A stretch of DNA of 63,898 bases, the filler included, from Octopus bimaculoides (taxonomy: Eukaryota): the NCBI RefSeq assembly GCF_001194135.2. It is 4 parts of 4 records of this genome, joined end to end, with 100 filler letters (N's around TTAATTAATTAA, not from the genome) between each part and the next. Parts side by side here need not be neighbours in the genome. Positions count along the whole stretch, not along the records: positions 1 to 17,401 come from NC_068984.1; 3 more parts are not named here. One strand, given 5' to 3'. This document shows, one piece after another, positions 1-11,904 of this stretch. Positions within the stretch are counted from its first letter, which is position 1; each line of letters begins with the position of its first letter. Below the pieces are notes generated by a model. It was not told the DNA's origin, ran no database searches, and worked only from the letters and a program-made list of their open reading frames with translations. The position numbers and the translations under genes are program-made.

Positions 1-36
<36 letters not shown>

Positions 37-133
37 GTATGTATATGTATATATATATATTATATGTATTTGTATTATATATATATTATATATGTATTTC
101 TTTTATATATACATATTGTATATATGTATCTGT

Positions 134-165
<32 letters not shown>

Positions 166-369
166 GTTGTGTTGTGACCCCCTTCGGTCATGAATGACCA
201 TCGGATTGCACCTAGAAAGTTACCATCCGAGGCACAACTCTGGGCAAGATTGTTTATAGAAGAGCACCAGTCACTCATGCATATTAGCCTCCTCTCTCCA
301 TGCCACCGGTGTTATCCAACGGAAAGGCAAAGGCCAATACAGTTTGGCACCAGTGACGTTGGACCTCAT

Positions 370-682
370 TTATTAACGTATAGGTGGCTGAGCACTCCAC
401 AGACACGTGTACCCTTAACGTAGTTCTTGGGGAGATTCAGCATGACACAGAGTGTGACAAGGCTGACCCTTTGAAATACAGGCACAACAGAAACAGGAAG
501 AAAGAGTAAGAGAAAGCTGTGGTGAAAGAGTACAGCAGGGTTTGCCACCACCACCTGCCAGAGCCTCATGGAGCTTTAGTTGTTTTCTCTCAATAAACAC
601 TCACAATGCCTGGTCTGGGAGTCGGAACCGCCATCCCATGACCGTGAGTCTGCTGGTCTAACCACTGGGCCATTGCGCCTGC
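370..682 (-). mobile_element. tRNA-derived SINE (cephalopod-type), near full length
   Basis: Minus strand starts with a tRNA-like head (A-box-like TGGCCCAGTGGTTAG, B-box-like GGTTCCGACTCC). The body matches the + copy at 16275-16575 and the partial copy at about 19085-19380. Confidence 0.8.
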
Positions 683-811
683 ACTATATTATATATATAT
701 TTCTCTTACATGTATATACTATAATATATATATATACATATATACATACCTACACACACACACACATATATATATACACATACATATATGTATATAAATA
801 TATATATAAAT

Positions 812-854
<43 letters not shown>

Positions 855-889
855 CATATATATATACATACATATGTCTATATATACAC

Positions 890-957
<68 letters not shown>

Positions 958-1079
958 GTATATATATATACATAAATGTACACATACATATATATATATA
1001 CATACATACACACATATATACATATATATATATNNNNNNNNNNTACATACATTTATATACATACATATAAATATATATA

Positions 1080-1935
1080 AGGGCCTTAGAGTCAACCTAG
1101 CTAAAACCAAAGTCCTAATAAGCTGGAAGGTAGACAAAACACAAACCTCTTCAGGTAGATGACCCTGCTTGATCTGTAGAAAAGACAAGATGTACCTAGT
1201 GTAAGCTATGGACACATAAGAGGTGCAGCAATATCAAAGGAAGGCTAACTAGGAAGATAGTTTTTGTATGTGGCAGATGTTCAGGAGCAATAAACACTGA
1301 AAATGTGCAGAAAACAACTTTTGCCACATTCCAGGGAGAAAAACTAGACGTAGTTGATAGCTTCCTTTATCTAGGTGACCAAGTTAGTAGTGGAGGGGGG
1401 GGGCACTGAAAGTGTAGCTGCTAGAATAAGAATAACCTGAGCAAAGTTCAGAGTGCTTTTACCTCTGCTGGTGGCAAAGGGCCTCTCGCTCAGAGTAAAA
1501 GGCAAACTGTATGGCACGTGTACGGATAGCCATGCTACATGGCAGTGAAACATGGGCTGTGACTGCTGAGGACATGCGTAAGCTTGCAAGGAATGAAGCC
1601 AGTATGCTGCGATAGATGTGTAATATCAGTGTGCATACTTGACAGAGTGTAAGTACCTTGAGAGAAAAGTTGGACCTAAGAAGCATCAGATGTGGTGTGC
1701 AAGAGAGACGATTGCGCTGGTATGGTCATGTGGCAAGAATGGATGAGGATAGCTGTGTGAAAATGTGCCACACCCTAGCTGTTGAGGGAACCTGTGGAAG
1801 AGGTAGACCCAGGAAAACCTGGGATGAGGTGGTGAGGCACGACCTTCGAACAATAGGCCTCACTGAGGCATTGACTTGTAACCTAGACCTTCGGTAATAT
1901 GCTGTGCATGAGAAGACCCGGCAAGACAAGTGAGA
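1080..1935 (+). mobile_element. RTE-clade LINE, 3' fragment of RT ORF, degenerate
   Basis: GLRVNLAKTKVL, then YLGDQV, then LRSIRCGVQERRLRWYGHVARMDEDSCVK...GRGRPRKTWDEVVRHDL, the typical RTE RT C-terminus. Interrupted by stops and frameshifts. Homologous to 13553-14845. Confidence 0.9.
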
Positions 1936-1939
1936 CCAT

Positions 1940-2620
1940 AACCCGTGGCCTTTACCAGGGGTGTAGCCAGCCCACTTATGCATACTTTTCCTTGATTGGA
2001 CACTAAACTCTGCTTGCGAAGACCAGTTGAGGCAAGTGAAATTGAAATCAAACCAAATTCGACGACTGGCTCCTATGCCAACCTCTCCTTCAATGGGCAC
2101 TAAACTCGGCTTGCGAAGACCTGTTGGGGCAAGTGAAATTGAAATCGTGATTGAACCAAATTCGATGACTGCCACCTGTGCCAGTGGAGCGCTAAGAGCA
2201 CAGTCCGAGTGTGATCATTGCCAGAGCAGCTTCCATGCCAGTGTTCACGTAAATAGCACTGTTTGATCGTGATCGTTACCAGCATTGCCTTACTGGCACT
2301 TCTGGCGGTGGCGCGTGAGAAAATATTCGAGCGAGGTCATTGCCAGTACCACTGGATTGGCTCCTGTGCCGGTGGAACGTAAAAAACACCATTTTGAGCA
2401 TGGCGGTTGCCAATGCCGCCTGACTGGATCTGGTACCGGTGTCACGTAAAAGCACCCACTACACTCTCGGAGTGGTTGACGTTAGGAAGAGCATCCAGCT
2501 GTAGAAACTCTGCCAGATCAGATTGGAGCCTAGTGTAGCCATCTGGTTCACCAGTACTCAGTCAAATCGTCCAACCCACCCATGCTAGCATGGAAAGCGG
2601 ACGTGAAACAATGATGATGA
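1940..2620 (+). repeat. Modular interspersed repeat following the RTE 3' end (LINE tail / SINE-like)
   Basis: Modules GCTTGCGAAGACC, TTGCCAGTRCC and CACGTAAAAGCACC, ending GGCGTTAGGAAGGGCATCCAGCTGTAGAAACTCTGCC...(GAT)n. Recurs at 5040-5610, 14950-15200, 43620-44090(-), 56960-57315 and 61200-61410(-). Confidence 0.8.
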
Positions 2621-2716
2621 TGATGGTGATATATATATATTTATATATATATATATGAGTGTGTGTATATAGTACATATATATGTATATTTATATATGTA
2701 TATATATATGTATATA

Positions 2717-2749
<33 letters not shown>

Positions 2750-2759
2750 NNNNNNNNNN

Positions 2760-2808
<49 letters not shown>

Positions 2809-2903
2809 GTAGGTATATAGGTATATATGTGTATATATGTATGTTTATATATATGTATATATATGTAAGTATGTGTATATATATATGTGTGTGTGTGTGT
2901 GTG

Positions 2904-2935
<32 letters not shown>

Positions 2936-3758
2936 NNNNNNNNNNNNNNNNNNNNNNNNNNNNNNNNNNNNNNNNNNNNNNNNNNNNNNNNNNNNNNNNN
3001 NNNNNNNNNNNNNNNNNNNNNNNNNNNNNNNNNNNNNNNNNNNNNNNNNNNNNNNNNNNNNNNNNNNNNNNNNNNNNNNNNNNNNNNNNNNNNNNNNNNN
3101 NNNNNNNNNNNNNNNNNNNNNNNNNNNNNNNNNNNNNNNNNNNNNNNNNNNNNNNNNNNNNNNNNNNNNNNNNNNNNNNNNNNNNNNNNNNNNNNNNNNN
3201 NNNNNNNNNNNNNNNNNNNNNNNNNNNNNNNNNNNNNNNNNNNNNNNNNNNNNNNNNNNNNNNNNNNNNNNNNNNNNNNNNNNNNNNNNNNNNNNNNNNN
3301 NNNNNNNNNNNNNNNNNNNNNNNNNNNNNNNNNNNNNNNNNNNNNNNNNNNNNNNNNNNNNNNNNNNNNNNNNNNNNNNNNNNNNNNNNNNNNNNNNNNN
3401 NNNNNNNNNNNNNNNNNNNNNNNNNNNNNNNNNNNNNNNNNNNNNNNNNNNNNNNNNNNNNNNNNNNNNNNNNNNNNNNNNNNNNNNNNNNNNNNNNNNN
3501 NNNNNNNNNNNNNNNNNNNNNNNNNNNNNNNNNNNNNNNNNNNNNNNNNNNNNNNNNNNNNNNNNNNNNNNNNNNNNNNNNNNNNNNNNNNNNNNNNNNN
3601 NNNNNNNNNNNNNNNNNNNNNNNNNNNNNNNNNNNNNNNNNNNNNNNNNNNNNNNNNNNNNNNNNNNNNNNNNNNNNNNNNNNNNNNNNNNNNNNNNNNN
3701 NNNNNNNNNNNNNNNNNNNNNNNNNNNNNNNNNNNNNNNNNNNNNNNNNNNNNNNNNN

Positions 3759-3798
<40 letters not shown>

Positions 3799-5715
3799 AT
3801 GCATGTATTAAATGGTTGTATTATATTTCATCCTTTAATTCCAAAAAAAACCGATTACTAATAAATATTCTTCATATTTTACTGGTAGCTTACTGGCGTA
3901 ACTTTGCGAACATGAAAATAATACTTGTATATGATGTGTTAAGTGAATTTATGGAAAGGTATCCCATAGAACTCAATAAGTTTGTTATAAATGGAGAAGA
4001 GATGCTACTAAAATTTGAAAGAATTTTGATACATGCATAGGATCATTTCAAACAGCGGTATTAAAACATGTAAATTCATGGTAGAATAATTAAATTAATC
4101 TTATTAAATTAAATTAATTATATATCATTGTTCTCCTCAGTGTAAGATGTATAAAGAAAAAAATCATTATTACAGAGGACTTGATAAAGGAAATAGCAGA
4201 GAGTTATTTCAGATATACATATTCATCATCATGAAAATTACAATCATCATAATAAAGAATGTGAGTCCAGTTATGTGTAAAGAATGTGTGTCTAGTTTTG
4301 TTTTAGTTTATATGTTTTTTTTTTTAGTTTTCTGCTTTTTTTTTTCTTTTGTTAAATGTATTCTTTTCCACTATCTACAAACACAGCGAGGCTGAAATAA
4401 TTAATGCATTCTTCCAGGAGTTAATAAAAAACTCTCAAACTTGAGGGGTNNNNNNNNNNNNNNNNNNNNNNNNNNNNNNNNNNNNNNNNNNNNNNNNNNN
4501 NNNNNNNNNNNNNNNNNNNNNNNNNNNNNNNNNNNNNNNNNNNNNNNNNNNNNNNNNNNNNNNNNNNNNNNNNNNNNNNNNNNNNNNNNNNNNNNNNNNN
4601 NNNNNNNNNNNNNNNNNNNNNNNNNNNNNNNNNNNNNNNNNNNNNNNNNNNNNNNNNNNNNNNNNNNNNNNNNNNNNNNNNNNNNNNNNNNNNNNNNNNN
4701 NNNNNNNNNNNNNNNNNNNNNNNNNNNNNNNNNNNNNNNNNNNNNNNNNNNNNNNNNNNNNNNNNNNNNNNNNNNNNNNNNNNNNNNNNNNNNNNNNNNN
4801 NNNNNNNNNNNNNNNNNNNNNNNNNNNNNNNNNNNNNNNNNNNNNNNNNNNNNNNNNNNNNNNNNNNNNNNNNNNNNNNNNNNNNNNNNNNNNNNNNNNN
4901 NNNNNNNNNNNNNNNNNNNNNNNNNNNNNNNNNNNNNNNNNNNNNNNNNNNNNNNNNNNNNNNNNNNNNNNNNNNNNNNNNNNATGTATATATATACATA
5001 CAATGTATATGTCTGAATATATGTGTGTGTGAGACATAAATCCAAGGCCTCTGCCAGGGGTGTAGCCAGCCCACTTATGCGTACCTTTCCTTCTTTGGAC
5101 ACTGAACTCCGCTTGCGAAGACCTGTTGAGGCAAGTGAAATCGAAACCGAACTAAATTCGACGACTGGCACCCATGCCAACGTCGTCTGCTTCATTGGAC
5201 ACGAAACTCAGCTTGCGAAGACTTATTGGGGCAAGCGAAAGCGAAATCAGGATGGCACCTGTGCCCAGCTTCGCCTTTCTGGCACTTGTGCCTGTGGTAT
5301 GTGTAACGGACTTTCGAGCGAGATCGTTGCCAGTGCTCCTGGACTGGCTCTTGTGCGGGTGGCATATAAAATACACCATTTGAGCATGGCCGTTGCCAGT
5401 ACCGCCTGACTGGTCTTTGTGCGGGTGGCACGTAAAAGCACCCACTACACTCTCTGAGTGGTTGGCGTTAGGAAGGGCATCCAACTGTAGAAACTCTGCC
5501 AAATCAGATTGGAGCCTGGTGAAGCCATCTGGTTTCACCAGTCCTCAGTCAAATCGTCCAACCCATGCTAGCATGGAAAGCGGATGTTAAATAACGATGA
5601 TGATGATGATATATGTATGTATATATATATATAAGATACAGAAATAAGTTTTTTATTCTCAAACGCGTGACAATGCTAATAAAATAGCAGGAACAGGATA
5701 AATTATCCATACATA

Positions 5716-5988
5716 TGCCCGTGGGCATATGGCATGTGATTAAGAGTGCGGGCTACTAACCCTAAGATTCCGAGTTCGATTCCAGGCAGTGACCTGAATA
5801 ATAAGAATAATAATAACATCGAAAAATACCTCAGGAATGAGAACCCAGGTTCGAAATTTCCGTAAGACACCTGATGAAGGCTGGAGTGTATATCAGCCAA
5901 TATGTTGTGTTAGCAACAAACAAGATGAGGACAAATATCCGTCAAAATAAATAATGTACATAATTCCTCATCTCTTAAATATAGAACT
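5716..5988 (+). mobile_element. SINE-like unit: tRNA-like head + (AAT)n + tail with hammerhead-like core (copy 1)
   Basis: Head ...AAGAGTGCGGGCTACTAACCCTAAGATTCCGAGTTCGATTCCAGGC, then CTGATGAAGGCTGG...CAGCC in the tail (GAAA lost in this copy). Collinear with 8648-8932(-). Confidence 0.75.
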
Positions 5989-6413
5989 GTATATATGTAG
6001 TTAGTCCAAATAAAATGAAGAAAGAACACAAGAAAAAAACAACAATGCGAGGACGTGGTACATGCAAAGTATTAGGAGACACTCAGGGAAGGAAAGAAAA
6101 GTTGTTTAAGGATGTTGAACAAAACACCCATTTTTCCAAATGTGAATTATCCAAACCCCAAAGAATTCCTGTCAATACGTGGCTTTGATGCTCTACTTCT
6201 GCTCGTGATCAGAGATACACATATCATCAGCCACTAAAGGACATGCTCAACTGGTTACGGTCAAGCAACTGGCAAGGAAATCTGTGGTATTGAGCAGAAT
6301 TTTTGCTGAAGCCCATCTTTTATACCAAGACATTAGAATGTATATGATAAGACTTCCAATCAGTTAAGATCAGAAGCCATGAGAGCCACTGCCTGGTACT
6401 GCATCAGGGCATC

Positions 6414-6452
<39 letters not shown>

Positions 6453-6540
6453 CATTATTGTTATTATTATTATCATTATTATCATTATTATTATTATCGT
6501 TATTATTATTATTGTTGTTGTTGTTGTTGTTGTTTTATTG

Positions 6541-7490
6541 TTAAGGTGGCAGGATCAATGAACCATACAAAATACTTAGCAGTAATTATGGTTCTTTATG
6601 TACTCTGTTCAAATCTCTCTACAGTCAACTTTTCTTTTCATCCTTCCAGAGTCAATGAAAAATGTATCAGTTAAGCATTGGGATTGATATAATTGATTTG
6701 CATCTTCCCCTGAAAATTACTGGTCTTGTGCCAAATTTGGAAAGGCAGTAAACTGGTAAAATTTTTAGTGCTTATCAACATTTCTGGGTTCAAATCCTTT
6801 TGTCCTTTTGGAGTTGATAAAATAAGGTACCAGCTAATTACTGGGGTCAGTCTAATTGACTAACTCCCCTACTCCCCAACATTGCTGGCTGAAGACAAAA
6901 CTTTAAACAATCATGGCTATTAAGGATGAGTTGGCAGAATCAGTAATGCATTGGAGAAAATGCTTAGTGACATTTCTTCTAGTTCTTTACATTCTGAGTT
7001 CAAATCATGTTGAGGTCAACCTTACCTTTCATCCTTTTGGATTTGATGTAATCAACTAACTCCTTCCCCTAAAGTTGCTGGCCTTGTGCCAAAATTAGAA
7101 AAAAGAATAATAACAGCAGTCATCATCATTATCATCATCATTATTATTATTCAAATTCCGCTGAAGTCAACTTTGTCTTTCATCCTTTCAGGATCGATAA
7201 AATAAGTACCAGTGGAACATTGGGGTTGATGTAGTTGACTTAACTCCTCCTTGAACTTGCTGGCCTTGTGCAAAATTCAAAATAATTATTGTTAACAACT
7301 AGAGTGGTGGATTAGCAGAAACAGTAAAGCAGTGGACAAAGTCCTTTGTAGAATTCAGTTACATGCTTTGTTCTCTGTTTCAATCTTAGCTTTTGATGTT
7401 GATAAAATAAGTACCAGTGAAATATTGCAACCAAATCACTATACTATCCTTTCTCCACCTCCTTCAAAATATGTCTTGTTGCTAGAAACT
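6541..7490 (+). repeat. Cluster of about 5 degenerate copies of one SINE family
   Basis: Repeated GGCAGAATC..TAG..., TTCAAAT..., TTTCATCCTTT, GATAAAATAAGTACCAG and GGCCTTGTGCCAAA modules separated by (ATT)n/(CAT)n. The same family occurs at 11097-11300, 47700-47820 and 55140-55960. Confidence 0.75.
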
Positions 7491-8229
7491 TCCATCATAA
7501 ATTGAAAGTGGGCTGACAGAAATGAGCACTGTATTAAAAATTCTAATATATTGAATTCCATTCTTGCCAGAGTCCACTTGATGTTCCAATGATCTGGTGC
7601 CAATCAAATAAATACCAGTTGTTTAGTTTTAAGTCAGCCATGAAGGTTGTTTGTTGAATGATTGAGTTGGAGTAATCCACAAGTATATCCATTGATACAT
7701 TTTCTTTGTGAATGACCATATAGGGCAATGATTTCTTGTATGAAGTGTAGTGTAGCAGTCTCAACAAGTTACTTTCTTTTCACTGTCCATTCTACTTCTG
7801 TGTGTATGTGAGTTCAGTAGAAGCAAGCAAGATGGACTCAGGAGTAAGTAATAATTATATACTATGGTTTGATTAAGTGATTCTTTACAATTTTGTGCTT
7901 TTGTGTGCTGTCACACGAAATTATGTCACCATCATCATTGTCATCATTTACAGTTTCTGTGGTCTTGGAATAATGATAAGTTCTTTTGTGCTCTCAGTTC
8001 CTATTTCAGTTCTGAATTTAGAATGATGTTGCTTAGACATCATTACTTTTGGATAAATGAATGAAGATCACTACTTTACCTAATTTACAGTCCTTTATAA
8101 ATCTTTAAGTTTGTATCTAGAAAATTACTCATCACTGAAAATGCAAGTGGACTCCTTCATTGGCTATAAACAACAGCCAATTCTCTCACTAATCACACAC
8201 TGCTATCTTAAATAAGGAACGGATACATA

Positions 8230-8635
8230 GGCGTAGGAGTGGCTGTGTAGTAAGTAGCTTGCTTATGAAGCACATGGCTCCGGGTTCAGTCCCACTGCGT
8301 GGCACCTTGGGCAAGTGTCTTCTACTATAGCCTCGGGTCAACCAAAGCCTTGTGAGTGGATTTGGTAGATAGAAACTGAAAGAAGGCTGTCTTATATATG
8401 TATATATATGTATATATGTATGTGTGTGTATATGTTTGTCTGTGTTTGTCCCCCCAGCATCGCTTGACAACCGATGCTGGTATGTTTATGTCCCCCGTAA
8501 CTTAGCGGTTCTGCAAAAGAGACCGATAGAATAAGTACTAGGCTTGCAAAGAATAAGTCCTGGGGTCGATTTGCTCGACTAAAGGCGGTGCTCCAGCATG
8601 GCCGCAGTCAAATGACTGAAACAAGTAAAAGAGAA
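8230..8635 (+). mobile_element. tRNA-derived SINE with CCTTGGGCAAGTGTCTT core (abundant family)
   Basis: GGAGTGGCTGTGTAGTAAG...GGGTTCAGTCCCACTGCGTGGCACCTTGGGCAAGTGTC, an internal (TA/TG)n tract, and tail ...GCTCCAGCATGGCCGCAGTCAAATGACTGAAACAAGTAAAAGAG. Near-identical copy at 44533-44950. Partial copies at about 12150, 12690, 15630, 17130, 37400, 43410, 45680, 57440 and 58620. Confidence 0.85.
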
Positions 8636-8647
8636 TGAGTGGATGAT

Positions 8648-8932
8648 ACAGTTCTATATTTAAGAGATGAGGAATTATGTACATTATTTACATTTGATGG
8701 ATATTTGTCCTCATCTTGTTTGTTGTTAACACGTTTCGGCTGATATACCCTCCAGCCTTCATCAGGTGTCTTGGGGAAATTCCGAACCTGGGTTCTCATT
8801 CTTAAGGTATTTTTTGATGTTGTTGCTGTTATTATTATTATTATTATTATTCAGGTCACTGCCTGAAATCGAACTTGGAATCTTGGGGTTAGTAGCCTGT
8901 GCTCTTAACCACTACACCATATGCCCGTGGGC
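8648..8932 (-). mobile_element. SINE-like unit: tRNA-like head + (AAT)n + hammerhead-like tail (copy 2, best preserved)
   Basis: Minus strand reads GGGCATATGGTGTAGTGGTTAAGAGC (A box) ... GTTCGATTTC (B box) ... (AAT)n ... GACAC CTGATGA A GGCTG GAGGGTATAT CAGCC GAAA CGTGTT. Confidence 0.8.
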
Positions 8933-9123
8933 AATTATGGAGTGAATTTTAGGGCTTATAAATCTAATATTTTCCCATTCTTCCTTAATACCGGTTCCCA
9001 TATGCTATTCATATCTGCACTCGGTCTGCTTAGGAGGTTGCTGAGTCCTAGCATACGTGCTGCTTCTTTTAGTTTTCATATTTTCCACTGGAAAATACGA
9101 AAACTAAAAGAAGCAGCACATAT

Positions 9124-9290
9124 AACAACATCGACAAATACCTTAAGAACAAGAACCCAGGTTTGAAATTTCCCCAAGACACCTGATGAAGGCTGGAGGG
9201 GATATCAGCTGAAACGTGTTAACAACAAACAAGATGAGGACAAATATCTGTCAAATGTAAATATTATAAATAATGTACAGTGGATAATGT
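9124..9290 (+). mobile_element. 5'-truncated copy 3 of the same unit (tail only)
   Basis: AAATACCTTAAGAAC..GAACCCAGG...GACACCTGATGAAGGCTGGAGGGGATATCAGCTGAAACGTGTTAACAACAAACAAGATGAGG matches copies 1 and 2. Confidence 0.8.
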
Positions 9291-10268
9291 TCATAGATGT
9301 ATCCCTAAAAAGACAGAGTAGCCATATGCTGCAATACCTTTGGTTGTATCTTGATCCGGATTGAGCTAGGGATAAGCAACAACAACAAATTAGCAATCAT
9401 TTCCTTTAATTGTGTCATAATTTTTGTTTTTGATCTATTGTATTCAAAAATCTATTATTTATTAATTTATCCTTGGTTTGTTTATTGCAGGTTGGTGAAT
9501 GTTGATTGAATTGACGACTGAATATTTCAGCCTTGTTTGAAATTACTAATCCTTTATAAGGAATTGCAACTTAAACACATACACACATACCCAGTTAAAA
9601 AAAAAAATGGTTCTGTTTTATTTGTTATTCCTGACAGTTGATGTTATAAGTTTCTTGAATCAGTACTCTTCAATAGGAGTACTTTTCCTTCCAGAAGAAA
9701 AAGAAAAGAAAAGAGACTTAAATGTGAACAAAAGAAATTTCAATGTTTTCTATTCTAATGTTTAAACTTGAAAATGTTTATCGTTGTTAACCTCTGAAAA
9801 CATCTTTCAGTGGATTTGGTTTATTTTGATTAACAAATGATCTCATATTTGAAACATATGAAAAAAAAATCAAACAAAAAAAATAAAACTATTAACCTGT
9901 AATTCATTGAATTCTCTCCTCCCCTCCACATTTTTTTTTGCTCTCCTTCTCTAACAAATTCACCTTTATGTTAACTTTAAATTATTGTTTAATGTTAGGG
10001 AAACTAAAGTATTTTTTTTAAAGAATATTTCAAAGATGATATATTATCATCTAAGTTAAAACTGAAACCATGTGAACAGTATTGATGTCTTACTTAAACA
10101 GAAAACCTACAGTGTTCATTTGTGATGGTGGTTTATTACATGTACATATAACATGCATACCCAGTGTTATATATATATATATATATTCAAAGTCATATGC
10201 ACAAAAATGAAATCTATCCACTCACTCTCCTATACATAATTCATTTGTTCTCCTGTGTATAGGATTGA

Positions 10269-10642
10269 CCCTTTTGTTACCATGTTTCTGATGAAATACA
10301 TTTTGTTTCAATTCATTTTGAAAGTATTGAAGAATTTAGTAAAATAACTTTGTCATTTTTAAGATGGTGTTTAGAACATAGATTAGTATGAAAATTTCAA
10401 GACGGTCTCAATTTTGATAGTTTTAACACTTTTGCTATCATATTTTTGTTGGCCATTCTTGATCTTTGTTTCAATTAATTTTCAAAATATTGAAGAATTT
10501 AGTAAAATAGCTATTTCATTATTAAGCCCTTGTTAAGAACATAAATTATATGAAATTTTGCTGAAAGGTTTTTTTAGATCACTTTAAAACAGTTCATATC
10601 ATAGAACCAGGGATGGTCTCAGGCAGGTTGATATCAAAAGGG
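10269..10642. mobile_element. piggyBac-like non-autonomous element (MITE)
   Basis: Termini CCCTTTTG...CAAAAGGG, flanked by TTGA (left) and TTAA (right). Internal tandem duplication. A related left end occurs at about 54742. Confidence 0.65.
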
Positions 10643-11296
10643 TTAAACATAATGCGATTTTACACCCCATTTTAAAGATGGAGAAATGATAACTTTTGGT
10701 ATAAGCTAGGCCTTGTTTCTGTTAAAACATAAATTTTTCACAAAGGTCATGCTGAGCATATCTATTTAAGATATAAATTTTTCACAGAAGTCATGCTTGG
10801 AATATCTATTTAAAACAAAATGTATTATTTATTGCTTTATTTTACTTCTTTTCTTTCAAAACAGTTTAAAAAAGAAAAAAAAAACTGTATCTAATATTTA
10901 AAAAGTATTAAAAAGTAGTCATAAAAACAAAATAATTCATAAATTTTCATGTATTTTCCATATTTGATATTTTTCATCAGATGCTGTTTAAATTTCTTAT
11001 TACTTTTGTAAATTATTCTGTTTATTAGACATCTAAAGATGGCATTAACAAGCATGATGTATTTTATTTATTATAATAATAATAATCATTATTATTAAAG
11101 TGGTGGGCTTGCAGAATCATTAGCATGCCAGACAAAATGCTTTGCAGCATCTCATCTGAGTTTAAATTCTGCTAAGGTCAACTTTGCCTTTCATCCTTTT
11201 GAGGTTGGTAAGACAAGCACTCGTTGAGTACTGGGGTTGATGTAATTGACTAAGCCCCGTCCCTGAAATTGCTGGCATTGTGCCAAAAATTGAAAC

Positions 11297-11356
<60 letters not shown>

Positions 11357-11857
11357 CCTTTTTCTGTATTTTCATCTGTATTTTATTTTTAAAATGTACA
11401 CACACAATATACCGTGCACACTAGTCATTGATTAATAAGTTTTTGAGAAAGAACTTTTGTATTTTTAACAATACAGTTCACCGGTGAATTTCAATAAAGA
11501 TTATTTAATTATATTATTTAGTAATTCAATATATACATACATGCACGCAGGAATTATGTGATCTATATCAAGTTTCATGGTTGGTCAATGCATTAATTGT
11601 ACAGGCTTGTATAGTGTGCTGTGCATCATCTGAAAATTATTCAGGCTCAAATGTTATTTGTAAGCTTGAACAATAGCTGGATCCTGCATGCTATGCTATA
11701 CAAGCTGCCTTTTACTGTTTAAATTACTGCACTATTTGAGCATAAAACTTGAGGTAGCTCATGTATAAATAACTTTTGTATTTATTAAAGGATATTCATC
11801 TCTTGCTGGATTAAGTACTGCTTTTGCTGATCTTATCAACAAGTGAACAGGACATTA

Positions 11858-11904
<47 letters not shown>

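Noticed and set aside
3860-4040. ORF tail WRNFANMKIILVYDVLSEFMERYPIEL...
   Set aside because: No clear acceptor and no recognisable domain.
2682-5195. Long ORFs (190-450 aa) here and across all other N runs
   Set aside because: Made of X and (TA)n/(TG)n translations, so they are gap artefacts.
7543-7767. 74-aa minus-strand ORF ending GLWQEWNSIY*
   Set aside because: Protein-like, but it has no ATG start or convincing acceptor, an upstream in-frame stop, and no recognisable family.
8852-8926. Possible tRNA gene (also other SINE heads)
   Set aside because: A/B boxes are present but the acceptor stem is incomplete, and it is fused to a repeat body. Called a SINE head rather than a tRNA.
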